The position numbers and the translations under genes were made by a program. A stretch of DNA of 10,693 bases, from the NCBI GenBank assembly GCA_013416795.1, contig RQSC01001088.1, positions 1 to 10,693 of the forward strand, read 5' to 3'. The notes under the pieces are model-generated. The model saw only the letters and a list, made by a program, of their open reading frames with translations, made no database searches and was not told where the DNA came from. This DNA is from Prasinococcaceae sp. CCMP 1430. Lineage: Eukaryota; Plantae; Prasinodermophyta. This document shows positions 6,890-10,693 of this stretch, one piece after another. Position 1 is the first letter of the stretch, and each line of letters begins with the position of its first letter.

Positions 6890-8713
6890 CTCGTGTGCCT
6901 CGTCAGCAAGCGCCTCCGCCTCGAGGATGAGGGCGCCGCCGAGCGCCAGCGCCAGCGCACCGAGGCGCTCCAAGCCCAGCACGCTGAGCGCGGCGCCCAG
7001 AGCGAGCGATGGCGCCGCTGCAGTGCGGCAGGCGGACTCGGCGTCGCCCAGCGCGGCCAGTGCCGCGCGGCAGTACTTGCAGTGCTTCGTGTGTCGGTGG
7101 AAGCGCTCGTAGCGCTCCCCCTCGGGCAGCAGCGGCGCGATGCCGTCGGCGCAGTCGCCAGCGCGCAGCCAATCCACGGCCCCACCCGCCCGCGATTCCA
7201 TCCAGCGGCGGAAGGCACCCACCCCAGCGTCGGCCTGCGTGGGCAGGAAGTAGCCGCCCTCGTTCCAGCGTCGTCCGGCGGCCGACAGAGAGTACTCAAC
7301 GCCGTGCATTGCGGCGATGTCCTGGTCGCCCAGGGTGTACGCAGCGGTGCTGAAGCCGTGCTGCAGCCCCATGCGCACGTCCTCATTGCCCACGAGCTGC
7401 GCGAGGTACTGCGTGAGCAGCGAGCGGTGCGTGTTGCGCGCCCACGCCTGCAGGCGCTCCAGCGGAGGCGCGCCGGGCTCGTTGTCGCGCGCGGTGGCCG
7501 CCGTGCGCGCGGCCTTGGCGCCGCGGCCCGCCTCGATCCCTGCCTGATACGGCGCGAACTTGGTGAACATCTTGACGCGGTTCGGCTCCGTGGGCGTGTA
7601 GAGCACATGCGCGCTCAGGTACGGCTCGCCATCCTTGGTGGAGTACTCTGTTCGCGACGAGGTGGGCGCGATGAAGGTGCGCTCGCCGAGCACGTCCTCG
7701 TTGGACGTATTGTAGCCCCCGTGCTCCACGACGAAGCCCTTCTCGCTCATGGAGCCGGGCCTCACGCGGAAGGAGGTCATGGGCACGAACTGCGTCGGGT
7801 TGGTGGCGCCGATGGCCGAGTCCGAGTCGTTGAACTTGGCGTGCAGGAACTCGGCGTGGGCGGGATCGAACTGGTTCTCGAGCGCGGGCACGTAGCCCAC
7901 GGGCAGCTCGACCATCCCCCACTCGCCGGGCAGCGCGGCGTGTGCCATTGCGGCGGGCGGCGTGAGGCCGCACTCCGCCTCGGCGGTCTCGCTCTCGTCG
8001 GGCCACACCCACAGCAGGCCGTCGAACACCTCGCACGGCACCAGCCGCAGGCGGCTCGCCGGCGCCGAGCAGATGCGCCCCTCCTGCTCGCCGTCGGTGG
8101 CCCACGGCACGCGCGAGCACGCGCCGCTCGACTCGAACTCCCAGCCGTGGTAGCGGCACGCCAGCGCGCCCGCGTCGGTCACGTAGCCCAGGCTCAGCGG
8201 CGCCGCGCGGTGGGGGCACAGGTCCTCGGCAACGGCCCACTGCTTGCCCGTGTACCACGCGACGAGCGGCCTATTGAGCACCCTGAACTCGTTCGGCCTG
8301 CCCCTCTCCAGCCAGCTCACAGGCGACACCGGGTACCACGCCTTGGACCACTTGAACTGCGCCTTCGGCTCCCTCGCGTCGGCGGCGGCCGCCGCAGGCG
8401 CCTCCGCCAGCGCGACAGCGCCGTTGGGACGGGCCGCCGGCGCAGCACGAGCAGCGGCCGCTGCCGCCGGCTCCACCGCGCATGCGGCAGCGTCTGCAGC
8501 GGCCACCGCCGGCTCCTGCACGGGCCCGGGCGCCATCGCGGCCGCTGTCGTGGCGCGGGCGGCGGCTGCTGACACCAGGCCGTTCCTCCCGCTGCGGATG
8601 CGCCCCGAACCCCTCGCCTGGCGCCCCGCCGGGCGCCCACAGGGCCCGCGGCGTGCGCCCTCGCTGTGGCAGCGCGCAGCCGCCGCGGCGGCGGCTGCGC
8701 GGTACTTAGCCAC
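6890..8713 (-). CDS. Rieske [2Fe-2S] non-heme iron oxygenase, pheophorbide a oxygenase (PAO)/TIC55/PTC52 family, main exon; start uncertain (first in-frame ATG at 8536)
   Basis: FKWSKAWYPV; Rieske ligands DLCPHRAAPLS (8218-8210) and CRYHGWEF (8158-8147); mononuclear iron site ENQFDPAHAEFLH (~7879-7841); DQD; family-typical RFHRHTKHCKYC (CxxC at 7081-7070); C-terminal hydrophobic helices; Arg/Ala-rich N-terminus like a transit peptide. Confidence 0.93.
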
Positions 8714-8721
8714 AAACCCTA
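8714..8721. promoter_or_regulatory. Telo-box AAACCCTA directly upstream of the Rieske ORF
   Basis: Exact AAACCCTA in an AT-richer patch (8705-8787). Function is inferred only. Confidence 0.35.
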
Positions 8722-9246
8722 TTTCGTGTAGAATTTACCCAAACTCGGGAGACCGGCCCTGACTTTGGAACGAAACCTTGACCTCTTGGCGCGGTGGCGG
8801 CCTGACAGTGCGCGCGGTGGCACACCGACACACACACACGNCAGCGGCGGCAGCGGCGCAGCACGCGCGATCGCGACGGGCGCTTGGCGGATGGAAGGGA
8901 TCGTGCACACCCGCGTCTGCACCGTGTGTGTGGGGCGACCCCGACCGCGTTGCCGTCCGCCCGTTCGCGTGCGCTCGCACGCACGCACTCACGCGCGGGG
9001 GAGCTTTCTTCCAAGGAAAAAATGCGCAGCGTGGGCGCAGCGTCGGGCGCGGCGCACGGCTTGGAGGGGGGGGGGACGGCTGGTGGTCGCGCGCGTCCGG
9101 CTCGGACGGCACGGGGCGCCTCCTCGACCTGGGACGGCGCGTCGCTCGGTGCGCTGCGGTGCGCCCGGGCGCGCGGAGGGAGGCGCGGCGTGTGTCCGTC
9201 TGTCTTTCTGTACAAGCGGCGCGCGCTGTGCGCGACGCGCGCGCGC

Positions 9247-9780
9247 TCAGCCCAGCTTGTCGCACAGCTGCGCGACGAGCGGGTTGGCGATGAGCTCCGG
9301 GAAGGTCAGCTCTGTGGCGCCCCTGGCGTTGAAGTCTTGTTGGAGCTCGTCCACGAAGCCCCCCGAGATCTCGGCGTCGCGCGCCGCCAGGTAGCCGAAG
9401 AGCGTCATGAAGAGGCCCACGGGCATGCGCCCGTCCGCGGCGGCGAACACCTCGAACAGCGACTGCAGCATGCCCTGGAAGTGCTCCGCGATGGTGGTGA
9501 GCAGCAGCACCAGCAGCTCCTTGGGGTCGATCATCTCGGCGAGGTCCGTCAGTCGGCCCACCTTTTCGAGCGTGAGCGGCGACACCCCGTGCGCGGCGAC
9601 GGCCTCGGCGAGGTCGTCCATGGCGATGGCCTCCGTGCTCGCGAGCTCGGCGTACGCCGCCGCGAGCTGGCTGGTGGTCGGCGGAGGGCCGTCGTCCGCG
9701 TTGCGGCTGACGTTGGCCAGGTTGGCGAAGTACACCGCGCTGAACTCGAGGATGTCCTCCGGCTGCTGGCGGACCACCTC
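9247..9780 (-). CDS. RSP11: Flagellar radial spoke protein 11 / ropporin-1-like RIIa-domain protein, last exon (first exon absent)
   Basis: EVVRQQPEDILEFSAVYFANLANV matches the second half of the RIIa dimerisation/docking domain of Chlamydomonas RSP11 (recalled EVIRRQPTDLIAFSAKYFTNLANV). Similarity continues through LFEVF, DAEISGGF and ending KLG*. The exon begins at acceptor CCCGCAG|GAG. Confidence 0.88.
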   Translation of the reverse strand, partial: EVVRQQPEDILEFSAVYFANLANVSRNADDGPPPTTSQLAAAYAELASTEAIAMDDLAEAVAAHGVSPLTLEKVGRLTDLAEMIDPKELLVLLLTTIAEHFQGMLQSLFEVFAAADGRMPVGLFMTLFGYLAARDAEISGGFVDELQQDFNARGATELTFPELIANPLVAQLCDKLG

Positions 9781-9883
9781 CTGCGGGACGGCGCGGTCGC
9801 GGTCGCGAGCGCGCGCGCAGAGCCGCGGGCGCGCGTCAGCACTCGCGGCGGGGGCCGGGCTGACGAGAGCTGGCGCGGCGAGG
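9781..9883 (-). other. 3' part of RSP11 intron, cut at the N at 9884
   Basis: Branch point GCTGAC at 9840-9835 and acceptor CAG ending at 9781, the same architecture as the Rieske intron. Confidence 0.75.
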
Positions 9884-9884
9884 N

Positions 9885-10147
9885 TCAAACTCGCCAACGG
9901 CCAGCCCCTGAAAATCGACAACGGCCGCACGATCCCGAGGAACCAGCTCGTGAAGCGCACCAACTCGGAGGACGTGGAGGAGTCGTGGGTGCAGTGCGAC
10001 AAGTGCAACCGATGGCAGCACCAGGTCTGTGCGCTGTTCAACGACGCCGCGAACCGCCAAGCCGACGGCGATCAGGAGTACACGTGCCCCGCGTGCCGCC
10101 TCGACGCCGCCGCGCGCCGCAACGGGCGACGGATCCGCTCCCTCCCC
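9885..10147 (+). pseudogene. Internal fragment of a CBP/p300-type (HAC) histone acetyltransferase, PHD-finger region
   Basis: LVKRTNSEDVEESWVQCDKCNRWQHQVCALFN..QEYTCPAC matches plant HAC1 (recalled WVQCDKCEAWQHQICALFN..EYTCP.C). Starts at the N gap; similarity is lost at ~10147; the frame stops at 10210. Confidence 0.8.
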
Positions 10148-10206
10148 GCTCTCACAAAAGAGCGCCGCAACCGCAACCGACCCCGCATACGAAACCGCAT
10201 ACAGGA

Positions 10207-10224
10207 CTAAACCCTAAACCCTAA
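10207..10224 (+). repeat. Interstitial plant-type telomeric repeat (CCCTAAA), about 2.5 units
   Basis: CTAAACCCTAAACCCTAA. Confidence 0.8.
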
Positions 10225-10248
10225 TACTGTACTGCGGAATGTCGCGTA

Positions 10249-10344
10249 CGAAAACGCGTGCGAAAACGCATGCGAAAACGCGTGGGAAAACGCATGCGAA
10301 AACGCGCGGGAAAACGCGTGCGAAAACGCGCGCCAAAAACGCAT
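10249..10344. repeat. 12-bp tandem repeat SGAAAACGCRYG, 7 units plus a degenerate eighth
   Basis: Units start at 10249, 10261, 10273, 10285, 10297, 10309, 10321 and 10333 (degenerate). Confidence 0.95.
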
Positions 10345-10612
10345 TCGGGGTTGGAATGAGGGTGCATGTACAGTACGTAGGGTTTGCGTATGAGCGTGCA
10401 TGCAATGCGGGGTGACCTTCGAACAATTGGTGGCGTACGGTACAGTACGTGTTGTACGCATGGTACGCGTGCATCGGGATTGGGTTGGAAATTAGGGTTG
10501 ATGTACATCAGGGTTTATTGCAATTTGAATTGGCATGCCCCCTGCGGGGCGACGCTCGAACGGATGGTCTCGGGTGCGTGGGGTTTGGGTTGTGATTAGG
10601 GTTGGTGTAGGG

Positions 10613-10628
10613 TTCGTTCGTTCGTTCG
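10613..10628 (+). repeat. (TTCG)4 microsatellite
   Basis: TTCGTTCGTTCGTTCG followed by a CG run. Confidence 0.8.
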
Positions 10629-10693
10629 CGCGCGCGTTCCCCGGGCGGACTTGCGCGCGCGCCGGGGTGGGGGGCGCGCGGCCGGGCGCGCGG

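Noticed and set aside
6821-8572. 583-aa plus-strand ORF (also 2519..3619 minus, 8884..10224 plus and similar)
   Set aside because: Antisense or frame shadows of real GC3-rich genes, with no recognisable motifs.
9781-10041. N-terminal 87 aa of ORF 9247..10041 as part of RSP11
   Set aside because: It crosses the N, consists of intron plus antisense HAC sequence, and lacks the first half of the RIIa domain.
10249-10344. Possible CRISPR array, or (AFSH)n/(RFRM)n repeat proteins
   Set aside because: Contiguous 12-bp units without spacers and no cas genes; the ORFs are just translations of the repeat.

Overview
GC-rich eukaryotic DNA, most likely from a prasinophyte-type green alga (GTGCGT splice donor, GCTGAC branch points, AAACCCT telomere-type repeats, a plastid Rieske oxygenase, a radial-spoke gene). 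Left to right: (1) two pieces of a CRE-like non-LTR retrotransposon in permuted order (endonuclease C-terminus, then zinc-finger N-terminus); (2) about 1.2 kb of non-coding DNA that starts with a cluster of palindromes; (3) a ~345-bp bacterial/phage-like segment (Shine-Dalgarno, GTGA stop/start overlap) fused in frame to (4) a divergent, insertion-rich pyruvate phosphate dikinase; (5) a convergent PAO/TIC55/PTC52-family Rieske oxygenase with a 170-nt intron; (6) the last exon of radial spoke protein RSP11; (7) after a single-N gap, a truncated CBP/p300 (HAC) PHD-finger fragment; (8) a 12-bp tandem array between inverted telo-box arms. The window has many abrupt junctions and two single Ns, so chimeric assembly is a serious alternative to biology for the mosaic features. 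Family assignments come from recalled motifs, not database searches.
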